This document shows, piece after piece, positions 50,056-60,121 of a stretch of 64,000 bases of DNA. The notes below the pieces were generated by a model. The model searched no databases. It worked only from the letters and a program-made list of their open reading frames with translations, and was not told the origin of the DNA. Made by a program: the position numbers and the translations under genes. Source of the DNA: Promethearchaeota archaeon (lineage in GTDB: Archaea; Asgardarchaeota; Lokiarchaeia; Sigyniarchaeales; SOKP01); assembly GCA_016839555.1 (NCBI GenBank), contig JAEOUA010000003.1, positions 352,001 through 416,000 on the forward strand, given 5' to 3'. The stretch's first letter is position 1. Each line of letters opens with the position of its first letter.

Positions 50056-50844
50056 ATGGTAAAAATAATCTTTGTTCAACCACATCCAGATGATTTAGAA
50101 TTAAATTGTGGGCATTTAATGCATTATCTATCAACTAAAAGTAATAAAAATTATGTAATCAAAGTTGCTTCCACCACCTTGGGAGAATATGGCCTTCCTG
50201 GAGCACAATATGATAAATTTAAAGGAGATTTCTTGGCTAAAGTGCGTTTACGTGAATTACAAAATGCATTGAGTATTCATAAAATTCCCGCTGAGAATAT
50301 TACCTATTTAGGATACATAGATGGCTTAGTTCCCTTTAATAGAGAAATGATTTCTAAGTTTGCGAATTATTTAAAAAAAGAGCAACCTGATATTATTTTT
50401 GGTCCCGAGGCAATTTATACTTCTTACTATCACATGGATCATGTTAATACAGGGAAAGTTCTTTTTTATTGTATTTATCATAATTTAATTGGATGTCGAC
50501 CAATCCTCTATTATTATCAAACGCTTAGCCCAAATTTTTATTTTGGTTTTAAAGAAGAAGATTTTCATTTAATAGATCAATTGCTTGCTTGTCATAAAAC
50601 GCAGTTCTGGTTAATTAACAGAGTTAAGATGATGTATAAACCTAAATCCCGCTTAGCTGGCTTTAATTTAGCGGGGTGGAAGTATGCTGAAAAATATAGA
50701 AGGGTTTATTTCAATAGTAAGAATCAGAATAAAAATAAACCCTCATTGCGAGTAAAGATAAGGAGTCATTGGTATTCTAGCATGCCATGGTTCCAAGCAA
50801 AATATCCCCAAGATATATTAAAGGAGCTAAACAAAAAAAGCTAA
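50056..50844 (+). CDS. PIG-L/LmbE-family deacetylase
   Basis: PHPDDLE, TLGE.G, R..E, HMDH. Confidence 0.9.
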   Translation: MVKIIFVQPHPDDLELNCGHLMHYLSTKSNKNYVIKVASTTLGEYGLPGAQYDKFKGDFLAKVRLRELQNALSIHKIPAENITYLGYIDGLVPFNREMISKFANYLKKEQPDIIFGPEAIYTSYYHMDHVNTGKVLFYCIYHNLIGCRPILYYYQTLSPNFYFGFKEEDFHLIDQLLACHKTQFWLINRVKMMYKPKSRLAGFNLAGWKYAEKYRRVYFNSKNQNKNKPSLRVKIRSHWYSSMPWFQAKYPQDILKELNKKS

Positions 50845-51203
50845 ACAAAATAAAACAGCGAATTATTAACAATTTTATCAATGCAAAACAAATAAAATTC
50901 TTTTTTATTTTTTAATTACCATCTTTTTTAATTTTCAAGTTAAGATTTATGGTTTTTCTATTTTTTACTTAACATTGATAAGTAGAGGAAAAAAGAGGAG
51001 AATTTCCTAAAAAAAAATTAAAGTAAAAGATTAAAATTTATATACTCTCCATGCTAAAAAATACAAATTTTTTAGGAATAAGAAATGGAGCAATAATACT
51101 GAAAAAAAAATAGAAATTATAGTAATATTTTCATTTCTAATAATTATATAAACTATCACGAAGAATAAATAATTGATATCTTTATTATTAATGTGATTAA
51201 AAA

Positions 51204-52328
51204 ATGCAACCGATTGGATTCAATAAAGAAAAAGCATCAGCTGTTTTAAAGAAATATGACATAGATGTTTTAATTGCTTCTTCTCCTGTTAATGTATTCT
51301 ATTTAACAGGCTTGCCCACTCTACATGTTGCGCCTAATCCCATTTTGTACGTATTATCGAACCAATATCCCAGCCTGGCCTTAGTTAAAAATGATGGAGA
51401 AGAAAGCCTAATAACTTGGATAACTTATAGAAGTATCGATAATTTTTCCTGGGTTAAAGATGTTCACGGAATAGGGTCTCCAAAAGCGGCAATGGTAACA
51501 ATTTCTGATAAAATAAAAGAATGGGAGTTTTCAAATAAAAAAATTGGATATGAATCGCACATGCCCACGTATCAATATCAATATTTAAAGAATGAATTTC
51601 CAAATGCCACGTTTATTAATGGAGATCAAGCTTTTTTAGACATGAGATTAGTTAAATCAGAAGAGGAAGTAAAACGGATTAGAAAATCAACTGAAATTTC
51701 TGAAAAGGCAATTAAAACAATGATTGAAGAGGCGCATGAAGGAATTACAGATAACGAATTACTTCAGATCGCTCGCCGCACAATCATTAATGAGGGAGCG
51801 GAAGGATGGGATCACCTAACTATGGGCATAGGTTCATCAGACCCAGAAGCTCCTGGCACAGGTATTCAAATGAAGCCAGGAGATATAACTCGATTTGATA
51901 TTGGTACTATCTGGAAGGGATACGTATCAGATGTAAGCAGAGAGGTAGTGATTGGTAAAATTCCAGAAGGAGCTCAAGAAATAATAGAAAGACTAATTCA
52001 AGTACAAGAATTTTGCGTGGAAAACATCAAACCAGGAGGATATCCAAAAGAGCTATATAAAAATACTATGGATTTCAATAAATCTTTAACAAAATTCGGA
52101 AGGTGTTTTATTACTGGACATAGCATTGGTTTGGAATGTGAGGAAACGCATATATTTAGTCCAATTAAGAAGCTTGATATCTCTTTCGAAGAAAATATGG
52201 TACTTGATGTTGAAATATGGCAAAATTTTAAAAATCAAGGACTTATAGGGGTAGAAGATTGTTATCGAATTACTAAGTCAGGCTGCGAAAGGCTTTCAAG
52301 TTTGGATAAAAATATATTTGTAAAATAG
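51204..52328 (+). CDS. M24 Xaa-Pro peptidase family
   Basis: RLVKSEEE, FDIG...GYVSDVSR, GHSIGL, GVED. Confidence 0.9.
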   Translation: MQPIGFNKEKASAVLKKYDIDVLIASSPVNVFYLTGLPTLHVAPNPILYVLSNQYPSLALVKNDGEESLITWITYRSIDNFSWVKDVHGIGSPKAAMVTISDKIKEWEFSNKKIGYESHMPTYQYQYLKNEFPNATFINGDQAFLDMRLVKSEEEVKRIRKSTEISEKAIKTMIEEAHEGITDNELLQIARRTIINEGAEGWDHLTMGIGSSDPEAPGTGIQMKPGDITRFDIGTIWKGYVSDVSREVVIGKIPEGAQEIIERLIQVQEFCVENIKPGGYPKELYKNTMDFNKSLTKFGRCFITGHSIGLECEETHIFSPIKKLDISFEENMVLDVEIWQNFKNQGLIGVEDCYRITKSGCERLSSLDKNIFVK

Positions 52329-52401
52329 AAATAGAAAAAATAAGATTATTTTTAGTTAATGATTTTTAAAATAATATTAAAAATATGGAGGCTAAATTTT
52401 T

Positions 52402-53538
52402 ATGACTGAAAACGTTAAGTTTGGAATAATTGGGACTGGGGGGGTATGGAGATTTCATAAATTAGGCGCTAAGAACCATTCCATTGTTAATTTTGTTTCT
52501 GCTTACGATGTGGATGAAAAAAATTTACAGAAAACGGCCAAATATTCAAAATTAACAACTTACTCTAATTTAAATGAATTCTTAAAAAGCGATATAGATG
52601 CGGTTCTAATTATGGTTCCCCATTATCTTCATAAAGAGCTTGTGATAGCTGCTGCTGAGGTAGGTAAAAATGTAATCTGTGAAAAACCTATGGCGACTAC
52701 ACTTGAGGATTGCGATGAGATGATATCTGCAACAAGGAAAGCAGGGATAAAATTTATGATCGCAGAAAATCATCGCTTTCTTCCCGCTCATCAATATATA
52801 AAAGATATATTGGAACAAGGATATATTGGGGAAGTATTTTTGGGAAGAACCTATGAAGGAGCATATGCTACTCCTCAATTCTTTGATGAAAATTATTGGC
52901 ATTTTACTTTTGATAAAGGTGGGGGTGGCGTGGTAATGGATCAAGGTGTTCATAAGTTTACCATGTTGAATTGGTTTCTTGGGGAAGTTGATTCAGCACA
53001 GTGTTGGCTAAGTAAATCTTTAAACTCACCTCCGAGTAAAGCAGAAGATACAGCAATTGTATTATTACGATATAAAGGAGGAGCGATAATTACCGTTGAT
53101 ATCTCCTCGAGTACCATTCATCCTCTAACAAATAGAACAGAATTACACGGAACAAAAGGAAGTGTACTTGAGGATCATTCTTGGAACGATCCAGTTCAAA
53201 TATTTTCCTCTCATCCTGAAGCAGAAGTAAAAGGTGAATTTTTTAGTCCAAAAATAGAACATGGGCCATTTCCTGAGTACTATAAAATATCCATGGGACA
53301 TGAAGATGCTTATTTTGCTAGGTGTATTTTAGAAGACAAAAAACCTGAATTTACCCCCGAAGAAGCCAGAACAGGAATTGCAGTTGTTCTTTTAGCATAT
53401 CTTTCGGCAAAAAATGGAAGAATTACTTCCATGGACGAATTGATGAAAATTTATAAGACTGAAGGAACAAAAAATATTATTAAAGGAGTTAAGGAAGTAA
53501 TCCAGCAAAATTATGGTGAAATGAATTGGGAAATATAA
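52402..53538 (+). CDS. Gfo/Idh/MocA oxidoreductase
   Basis: GIIGTG, CEKPMA, GGGVVMDQGVH. Confidence 0.92.
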   Translation: MTENVKFGIIGTGGVWRFHKLGAKNHSIVNFVSAYDVDEKNLQKTAKYSKLTTYSNLNEFLKSDIDAVLIMVPHYLHKELVIAAAEVGKNVICEKPMATTLEDCDEMISATRKAGIKFMIAENHRFLPAHQYIKDILEQGYIGEVFLGRTYEGAYATPQFFDENYWHFTFDKGGGGVVMDQGVHKFTMLNWFLGEVDSAQCWLSKSLNSPPSKAEDTAIVLLRYKGGAIITVDISSSTIHPLTNRTELHGTKGSVLEDHSWNDPVQIFSSHPEAEVKGEFFSPKIEHGPFPEYYKISMGHEDAYFARCILEDKKPEFTPEEARTGIAVVLLAYLSAKNGRITSMDELMKIYKTEGTKNIIKGVKEVIQQNYGEMNWEI

Positions 53539-53615
53539 TTTCCATTTATATTCTTTTTTTTATACTTTTACTCTTAATGTAACACGAATTTAATAAAATA
53601 AAAAAAAAAAAAACC

Positions 53616-55538
53616 TTAAATTCTCGTAATTTTTACGGAATGAAATCCATTTTCTTTTATTTTTATAAAAAGGAGTTGTTCTTCTTCTTTCTTTGTGATC
53701 TCTCCTTCTGAGATTTCAACATTGAATCCATTTGGATATTGAATTTTAGGTACAAATATAACAGTATAATCGGAAATTGAAGAATTTCCTTCAAAATTAA
53801 AAATAAAAATTCCTTCTTTAAATTTAAACTCCATTTTAAGAGGCTTTCCAGTACAATAAATATATCTGGGTCTACAAAAACCATGAATTGCCCTTCCTCC
53901 ACTGTTGAGATCCCCTGGATCGGTTTGTTGATCTCTGCTAAAAATGGAGAGGTCTTCGAGATTCCACATATCACCCCATTCATTAGTATTATCAAAAGTA
54001 TAATTCCACTGTGTAGAATTTAATAAATTGGCATCCAATGCATTATAATACATGCTTAAAGCTTGAACATGGGTGTTCCATGCTTCTTCAGGATTGTTTT
54101 TAAAAATTTTGTATGCTTCTTTATTGTTAATGTCATAAGCTAGTCCAAATTCTCCTATAATCGTAGGAATACCCCCAAAGTAAATATTGGAGTAATTTTT
54201 TACGGCTTCTAATTGAGATATGAACATTTTTTTTACATTCCCTTTACCAACAACGGGTTTTCCAGTAATAAGGTTATAATTCGCCTTTAGCATTGCTTTT
54301 TTAGTACCCACCGTAGCAACATCAAACCAATGTGCTCCATGTACACTATTGTCCGGACTTTCTATATCCAAGCTTTCTCCCTTTAAAACATTTTCTGAAG
54401 GACCTGTAAAGAAAATCATTGTATCGGGAAAAACATCTCGAATTGCTTCAGAATAATTTTTTATAAAAGGCGATAGATAATCCCTATAAAAATTTACTTT
54501 TTTTCCGTTTTTCATCATGAAATATTCATTTTTTAAGATAATAGGATTATTTTCTTTATCTAATCCCCATATTCCTTCTTTTTTCCAAATATCTTCAACA
54601 CCCTCTAACCAACAGGAGATATTATATTTATTTAGTTCATCTTTACGGGTTTCTTTTATGCCAAATCTCTTAATTTCTTGATATCCTACAGTTCTAGTAT
54701 AGCCTGCTCCCGTTAACATGGCATCAAAGGGGGTAAAAACGTGTCCAAGTACTTCTGATTTTCCTTCCCATTGACTTCCATCCACAAATTTTCCTATCCA
54801 TCCTTCTGAAGGTTCATCTAAAATATCAAATCCAAGCACTTCAGGATAATCTTTAACTCTCAAGGCAACTTGCTTAATCGCTTCAAAAAAATGTTCTTGC
54901 AAATAACTCTGAGCAGAACTTCCATTCACTTTACATGAAGAGGCGAAATCATTACTCGCAAAAAACAATGTCCACATGGTTCCATTTGCAAACCTATAAT
55001 TATTATTCGTCCAATAAAGCGGGGGAAATTTACTGGGGTCTTGAGGATCATATCGATTTTGCATTATAAAAGTAGCTTCTGAAGCCTCAAATTTAGTAAA
55101 ATCCAATCCTACTTTCTCAAATGTCCATCCTGGAGCTCCATCTCCCCCAGTCATTCTGCTCCAAACATCTTGATGGGGATCAATGAAAATATAGAAACCA
55201 TATTCTATAGCTAACTTTATAAATTCTTCGATATAATCTAAATATTCGTTATCATACTTTTTAGGACCCTCATGTTCTATTGCTTCCCAAGTAGTTAATA
55301 TTCTCAAACAATTAAATCCCCAATGCTTTAACCGACTTAAATGATCAGGGGCCTCATTGAGGGGTATGGGACGACCTACAAAAGAAACCTCCTGGTGATC
55401 TCTAAAGTCAGTTTTTATGTGAGTTGCACCATTTGGTTTGAATGGAACTTTAGAACTCCCACTTAAGTTCACGCCTCTTAAGAGAACAGTCCTTCCTTTT
55501 TCATCAATAAACCATTCTTTATCAATTTTTAATTTCAT
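53616..55538 (-). CDS. GH5 glycosidase, endoglycoceramidase-related (EGCrP-like)
   Basis: LRGVNL, WEAIEH.GP..YD, IDPHQDVWSR..GGDGAP, DEP acid/base, IGEFG nucleophile, QWNY, WNLEDLS. Confidence 0.87.
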   Translation of the reverse strand: MKLKIDKEWFIDEKGRTVLLRGVNLSGSSKVPFKPNGATHIKTDFRDHQEVSFVGRPIPLNEAPDHLSRLKHWGFNCLRILTTWEAIEHEGPKKYDNEYLDYIEEFIKLAIEYGFYIFIDPHQDVWSRMTGGDGAPGWTFEKVGLDFTKFEASEATFIMQNRYDPQDPSKFPPLYWTNNNYRFANGTMWTLFFASNDFASSCKVNGSSAQSYLQEHFFEAIKQVALRVKDYPEVLGFDILDEPSEGWIGKFVDGSQWEGKSEVLGHVFTPFDAMLTGAGYTRTVGYQEIKRFGIKETRKDELNKYNISCWLEGVEDIWKKEGIWGLDKENNPIILKNEYFMMKNGKKVNFYRDYLSPFIKNYSEAIRDVFPDTMIFFTGPSENVLKGESLDIESPDNSVHGAHWFDVATVGTKKAMLKANYNLITGKPVVGKGNVKKMFISQLEAVKNYSNIYFGGIPTIIGEFGLAYDINNKEAYKIFKNNPEEAWNTHVQALSMYYNALDANLLNSTQWNYTFDNTNEWGDMWNLEDLSIFSRDQQTDPGDLNSGGRAIHGFCRPRYIYCTGKPLKMEFKFKEGIFIFNFEGNSSISDYTVIFVPKIQYPNGFNVEISEGEITKKEEEQLLFIKIKENGFHSVKITRI

Positions 55539-56017
55539 TTTTGTTATAAGAATTTCCTTAAATCTAAAATTAGAATATGGGTATTTAATATTTTTATCTT
55601 TTTTAAATTTTCAGTATTTAATCAATGATCTATGAAAGTACAATATCTGAAGATCTTTCCGATGAGGCCATTTTAAAAGCCTTAAAGGAGGAAGATTATG
55701 GTCGTTACGTATATGTTTGTGATAATGATCAAGTTTCTTCTCAAGTAACTATTATTTCTTTTTTAATTCGTTCGGGAATTTATCTCGGCTCGGGAACGAA
55801 CTCGTCTTTTATAAAGTCTATCAAATCGGTAATAGTTTCCATGTAACACGTGTATATTACAAGGCTCTATGGAACAGTGTGATATGTAGAAAATATGAAA
55901 AAAGTAAGGTTTTATTACTATTCTAGTATAACCTTATAATATTGATTAAAAAGTTATATAACTATCTTCTAATTATTTTATATACGTAAAATTATTAATT
56001 ATTCGAGTGTGAGTCAT

Positions 56018-56359
56018 ATGGCTACTCCTGAAGAATTAAAAAAGGAATTAGAAAAATGGGTTAAAATGTTAGATAATCCCGAAATAGCAGCAGAATTTGA
56101 AGGTTATAATAAGACTATGCAGTTCACTTTTCCCGATATCGATTATAAATTAAAATTTATCTTTGAAAATCAAACTGCGCGACTCGAAGAAGGTCTTGAT
56201 ACTAATGCAGCTATGGGCTTAGAAGTAAACTCTGATCTTTTTTTAGGAATTTTAACGGGTGAGGTTGACCCGATGGAAGCTTTTATGGAAGGAGAACTGA
56301 AAACTAAAGGAGACATGAATGCCCTTCAAAAATTAGAAATCTTTATGGAAATTGATTAA
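56018..56359 (+). CDS. SCP2 sterol/lipid-binding domain protein
   Basis: FLGILTGEVDPMEAFMEGELKTKGDM signature; GTG at 56009 is an alternative start. Confidence 0.9.
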   Translation: MATPEELKKELEKWVKMLDNPEIAAEFEGYNKTMQFTFPDIDYKLKFIFENQTARLEEGLDTNAAMGLEVNSDLFLGILTGEVDPMEAFMEGELKTKGDMNALQKLEIFMEID

Positions 56360-56955
56360 GGACTAATTATTTAAATTTCCTATTCTTATTTTTTTTTCTC
56401 TTATTTTATATCGAAACCTTATGATCGTTAAAAATAAGCTAAAATTTTAAAAAAAATGAATGTAATCTTTTCTTATTTTCATATATTTCTAGAAATAAGA
56501 TAATAAAATAAAGAAATATTCTTTAAATTTAAAAAGAGGTTTTAAAAGAAATTTTTGTATAAATTCTTTCCAATAAGCATAAATTTTAATTATCTAACCT
56601 TAAAAGCTCTAAGAGAAACAAAGGAGAAAATAATCGGAAAAAAAAAATTCCAATTTTAAAGTTTTTCGATGATTTTTGTAGAATTAAAATATTATGTTTT
56701 TTATTCATTTAACATGTTTTAGATAAGTTGATATTTTAAAGATATTTTAATCAAATTGTCTTTCTTTTAACTATAAAAAAGGAAATATATCATAAATCTT
56801 AATCAATAATAAGTATGATTCCATTTTTCTGTATTAATATGAGATGAAAAGTGAGAGTTAAATTAAAAATCTTATAGAAAACCACAATTTAGGATGTAAA
56901 CATTTTTTATATAGGAATTTCATATTTAATATAAAAAAGTTTTGTGATTTAAAAA

Positions 56956-57948
56956 ATGACACAACCAAAGCTATATTTAATTAAACAAGGAGAATTGAAG
57001 CATATCAAAAAGCCGGTGTTTTCGACTGGAGATGCATACCTTCTCGACGATGAACATACTATATACGTGTGGATTGGAAGTAAATGTTCCGTGGATGAAA
57101 AAACAAGCGCAGCAGCATTAGCACGTTCATTAGATCAAGAACGAGGCGGTTCTGCGAAAATAATCACTGTGGATCAAGGTCAAGAAACCAAAGAATTTGT
57201 AAAATTAATCGCTACTATGGGCGCAATGAAAATTGTTGAGAAGAATATTGCAAAAACAATGCTTAAAGATGTATATACTGGTGATTTTGCGGGATTCACC
57301 GAGCATAAAAATGTGTTATATAGAGTAAGTTCTGAAGAATTTGAAGATATTAATGCTATGAAAATGATACAAGTCCCTTATTCAGTTGATTCGTTAGATT
57401 CAGAAGATAGTTATGTATTGGATTTAGGAACAAAAGTATATATTTGGCAAGGAAATGCCTCTAATGTGAAAGAAAAAGTTAAGGCAGGACAATGGGCAAG
57501 AGGAATTGATGTTGAACGAGCAGGTGCTCAAAACGAGGTAATTTTTGAAGAAGGTAATGATGCGAAATTTATCGAAGCATTAAAAAAGGGACCAGATTAT
57601 AAAGAATCTGAAGCTGCTCAATTACAAGCAGAATCAGAATTAGAAGAAGAGGAGGAGGAAAAACCAAAAATGGAACCTGAACCTGAAGCAGAAAAAGAAG
57701 AAGTAGAAGAACCAAAGGTTGAAGAAGAAGTAGCGGCAGCAAAAGAAAAAGCTCCCGTAAAAAATGAAGAAGGAGTATTAATCATTGAAAAAAAGGAAGG
57801 GAGGAGAGTATGCCCCAATTGCGGAGAAGAAAATCCTCATATGATCCATGAAAGTACGGATAAAACTAATATAGTCATGGATTATCCGAGAGTGTACGGA
57901 AAAAAGTACAAATGTGGAAGATGTGGCACTGAGTGGAAGGAAAAATAA
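56956..57948 (+). CDS. two-domain gelsolin with acidic linker and C-terminal zinc ribbon
   Basis: FSTGDAYLLD...IYVWIGSKCSVDEK..AA and LDSEDSYVLDLGTKVYIWQG....VKEK gelsolin repeats; CPNCG...CGRCG. Confidence 0.9.
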   Translation: MTQPKLYLIKQGELKHIKKPVFSTGDAYLLDDEHTIYVWIGSKCSVDEKTSAAALARSLDQERGGSAKIITVDQGQETKEFVKLIATMGAMKIVEKNIAKTMLKDVYTGDFAGFTEHKNVLYRVSSEEFEDINAMKMIQVPYSVDSLDSEDSYVLDLGTKVYIWQGNASNVKEKVKAGQWARGIDVERAGAQNEVIFEEGNDAKFIEALKKGPDYKESEAAQLQAESELEEEEEEKPKMEPEPEAEKEEVEEPKVEEEVAAAKEKAPVKNEEGVLIIEKKEGRRVCPNCGEENPHMIHESTDKTNIVMDYPRVYGKKYKCGRCGTEWKEK

Positions 57949-58093
57949 AGTTTAATTAAGATTCTTTTTTTTATTTCTTTTTTATTTTGTATTATTTTTC
58001 AAGTGAAGAAATATTCTTCAAAATCATTAATTTTGATTAGATTTTTTAACTTTTTAATAAATTCTTATATAGAAATAAAAACAAAGTGATACT

Positions 58094-59248
58094 ATGAATA
58101 GTTTTGAAAGAATGTGGACAGCTTTAAATTTAGAAGAACCAGACATGATGCCCATTCATACTATAAACATCGATGGAAATGTTGCCGATAAAATTTTAGG
58201 TACTACGGATCGGAGTGCATTTAATGTGATTGATGATTTGGAAGAGAAGTTTCCAGATACATGGGTAGATAAGGTCAATGCTATCCTTGATGATATAGAA
58301 ATTGGCGTATTTGCGAAATGTGTGAGAGCTGGATATGAATTGGGATTTGACGGGGTTGGTGTGCAATATATTCCTTTTATATTTGAGAGCAGAGAAGAAA
58401 TGACTGATATATTTGGAAAAAGACATAAGATTAGAGATATTGATGGTAATCCGTATCCTGATTATTATGGGGGATATATTAAAAATCGTGAAGATTGGGA
58501 GGATTATCCAAAACCCGATTTAGATGAAGAATATAAAAAGGCGAAGAGATTTTATAAAGGAGTATTACGTAAATGCCGAGATATTAAAGATGATATCTGC
58601 ATTGTTGCTCAAAATGCATTAACTTCTGTTTTCCCCCCGGTATGGCAGGGGATGGGGATGGCTAATTTTGCCCGCGCTCTAAAAAACGATCCGAAGCTGA
58701 TCGAGGAACGCTTTCGATTTACGACCGACTACACTCTCAAAACATTTGAAGCCTATAAAGATTGTGGGGCAAAGATTTTTTTGGAAGGTGGTGATATTAG
58801 CCATAGTCACGGTCCAATGATAAATCCAAAATATTTTGATAAATATCTATTACCGCGATATCAAGAGGTGGCCGATCAATTGCATGAATGGGATTGCAAA
58901 TATATCCTTCACACCGATGGCGATATAACTTCCTTATTAGACTTCATCGTGGAATCGAGATTTGATGGGCTCCAATGCTTAGAACCCCCATTTGTTGATC
59001 CATATTTAGTAAAAAAGAAAGTGGGAGATAAAATATGCTTATCTGGCAATATTGATACTCGACACATATTATATGATGCGGAAAAGCAGGAAGTGGAAGA
59101 AGCGGTAAAAGATGCAGTAAAAGCTTTGGGACCGGGTGGGGGTGGCATGCTCTCTCCAGCTAATTTCCATCCGGAGATTGCTGTGAAGAATTTAAAATGG
59201 ATGATAGAAGCCGCTAAGAAATATGGAAAATACCCATTGGAGTTATAA
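58094..59248 (+). CDS. uroporphyrinogen decarboxylase / MtaA-CmuA methyltransferase family
   Basis: ER...AL..EEPD, GDI....GPMINP, HTDG, LSGNID. Confidence 0.85.
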   Translation: MNSFERMWTALNLEEPDMMPIHTINIDGNVADKILGTTDRSAFNVIDDLEEKFPDTWVDKVNAILDDIEIGVFAKCVRAGYELGFDGVGVQYIPFIFESREEMTDIFGKRHKIRDIDGNPYPDYYGGYIKNREDWEDYPKPDLDEEYKKAKRFYKGVLRKCRDIKDDICIVAQNALTSVFPPVWQGMGMANFARALKNDPKLIEERFRFTTDYTLKTFEAYKDCGAKIFLEGGDISHSHGPMINPKYFDKYLLPRYQEVADQLHEWDCKYILHTDGDITSLLDFIVESRFDGLQCLEPPFVDPYLVKKKVGDKICLSGNIDTRHILYDAEKQEVEEAVKDAVKALGPGGGGMLSPANFHPEIAVKNLKWMIEAAKKYGKYPLEL

Positions 59249-59346
59249 GCTTAAAATTAAAAAATTATTAAATTTTAGCCAAAGACATCAATTATTCAAG
59301 CATAATTTATAATTTTAACGAAAGAATTCAAAAAAGAGGAAAATGT

Positions 59347-60069
59347 ATGACAGAATCTAAAAATAATGTGGAAAAGGAAAAAATGGGTCCTACTTGTTAT
59401 AAATGCAATTCTATTAATTATTGTTCTGTGGGGCGGGCAAGTAAGATTTTAGATAATTGTCCCATGAAAATATTCCCTGAAATAGAGAAGCAAGCTAAAG
59501 AATTATATCAAAAAGATGAGAAAATCAAAAAAACAACAAAAGAAGCTTCTATAGTCGAAGCAGAAGGTTATATAAAATGGCCTCGATTGAAAGACACGGT
59601 GGAGTTTGCCAAAAAAATGAAATTTAAGAAACTCGGGCTTGCTTTTTGTGTTGGACTTATTAAAGAAGCTGAAAGAGTAGCAGAAATTCTGGAAAAATAT
59701 GGATTTAATGTAGTGGGGGTTTGTTGTAAAACAGGGTCTTTGAAAAAAACTGAAATTGGGATTCCCGAAGAATATACAATGATATCCAAAACAGGATATA
59801 CCATAGGATGGATCACCTGCAATCCCGTTGCTCAAGCTTTAATTTTAAATAAAGTGAAAACAGACATGAATATTATATGTGGTCTTTGCGTGGGACATGA
59901 TATTACATTCACCCAGCTTTCTGAAGCACCCGTCACCACTCTAATCGCTAAAGATAGATCGACGATACATAATCCCGCTTCAATATTATTCTCACATTAC
60001 GGGCAAGAATTCTTTAGCAAAGAATTCAAAGAAATGAGAAAAAAAGAATTAGAGTCAAATAAAAAGTAA
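59347..60069 (+). CDS. DUF1847 Cys-rich metal-binding protein
   Basis: KKLGLAFCVGL, CCK, CNPVAQA, GLCVGHD, APVTTLIAKDR. Confidence 0.88.
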   Translation: MTESKNNVEKEKMGPTCYKCNSINYCSVGRASKILDNCPMKIFPEIEKQAKELYQKDEKIKKTTKEASIVEAEGYIKWPRLKDTVEFAKKMKFKKLGLAFCVGLIKEAERVAEILEKYGFNVVGVCCKTGSLKKTEIGIPEEYTMISKTGYTIGWITCNPVAQALILNKVKTDMNIICGLCVGHDITFTQLSEAPVTTLIAKDRSTIHNPASILFSHYGQEFFSKEFKEMRKKELESNKK

Positions 60070-60121
60070 AGAAAGAAAAAAATATAAGAGGATTATTTTT
60101 TTTTGAAATTTTTTATTAGAT

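Noticed and set aside
55647-55700. CTGAAGA as a hammerhead core, or GAGGAAG as RNase P P4
   Set aside because: No GAAA after the putative stem II, and no matching 3' P4 strand.
399-59835. Short antisense or alternative-frame ORFs nested in long genes (e.g. 5244-5567, 15450-15815, 31526-31852, 41474-41734, 49165-49533, 52606-52953, 59503-59835)
   Set aside because: They are shadows of well-supported CDS, with no motifs and atypical composition.
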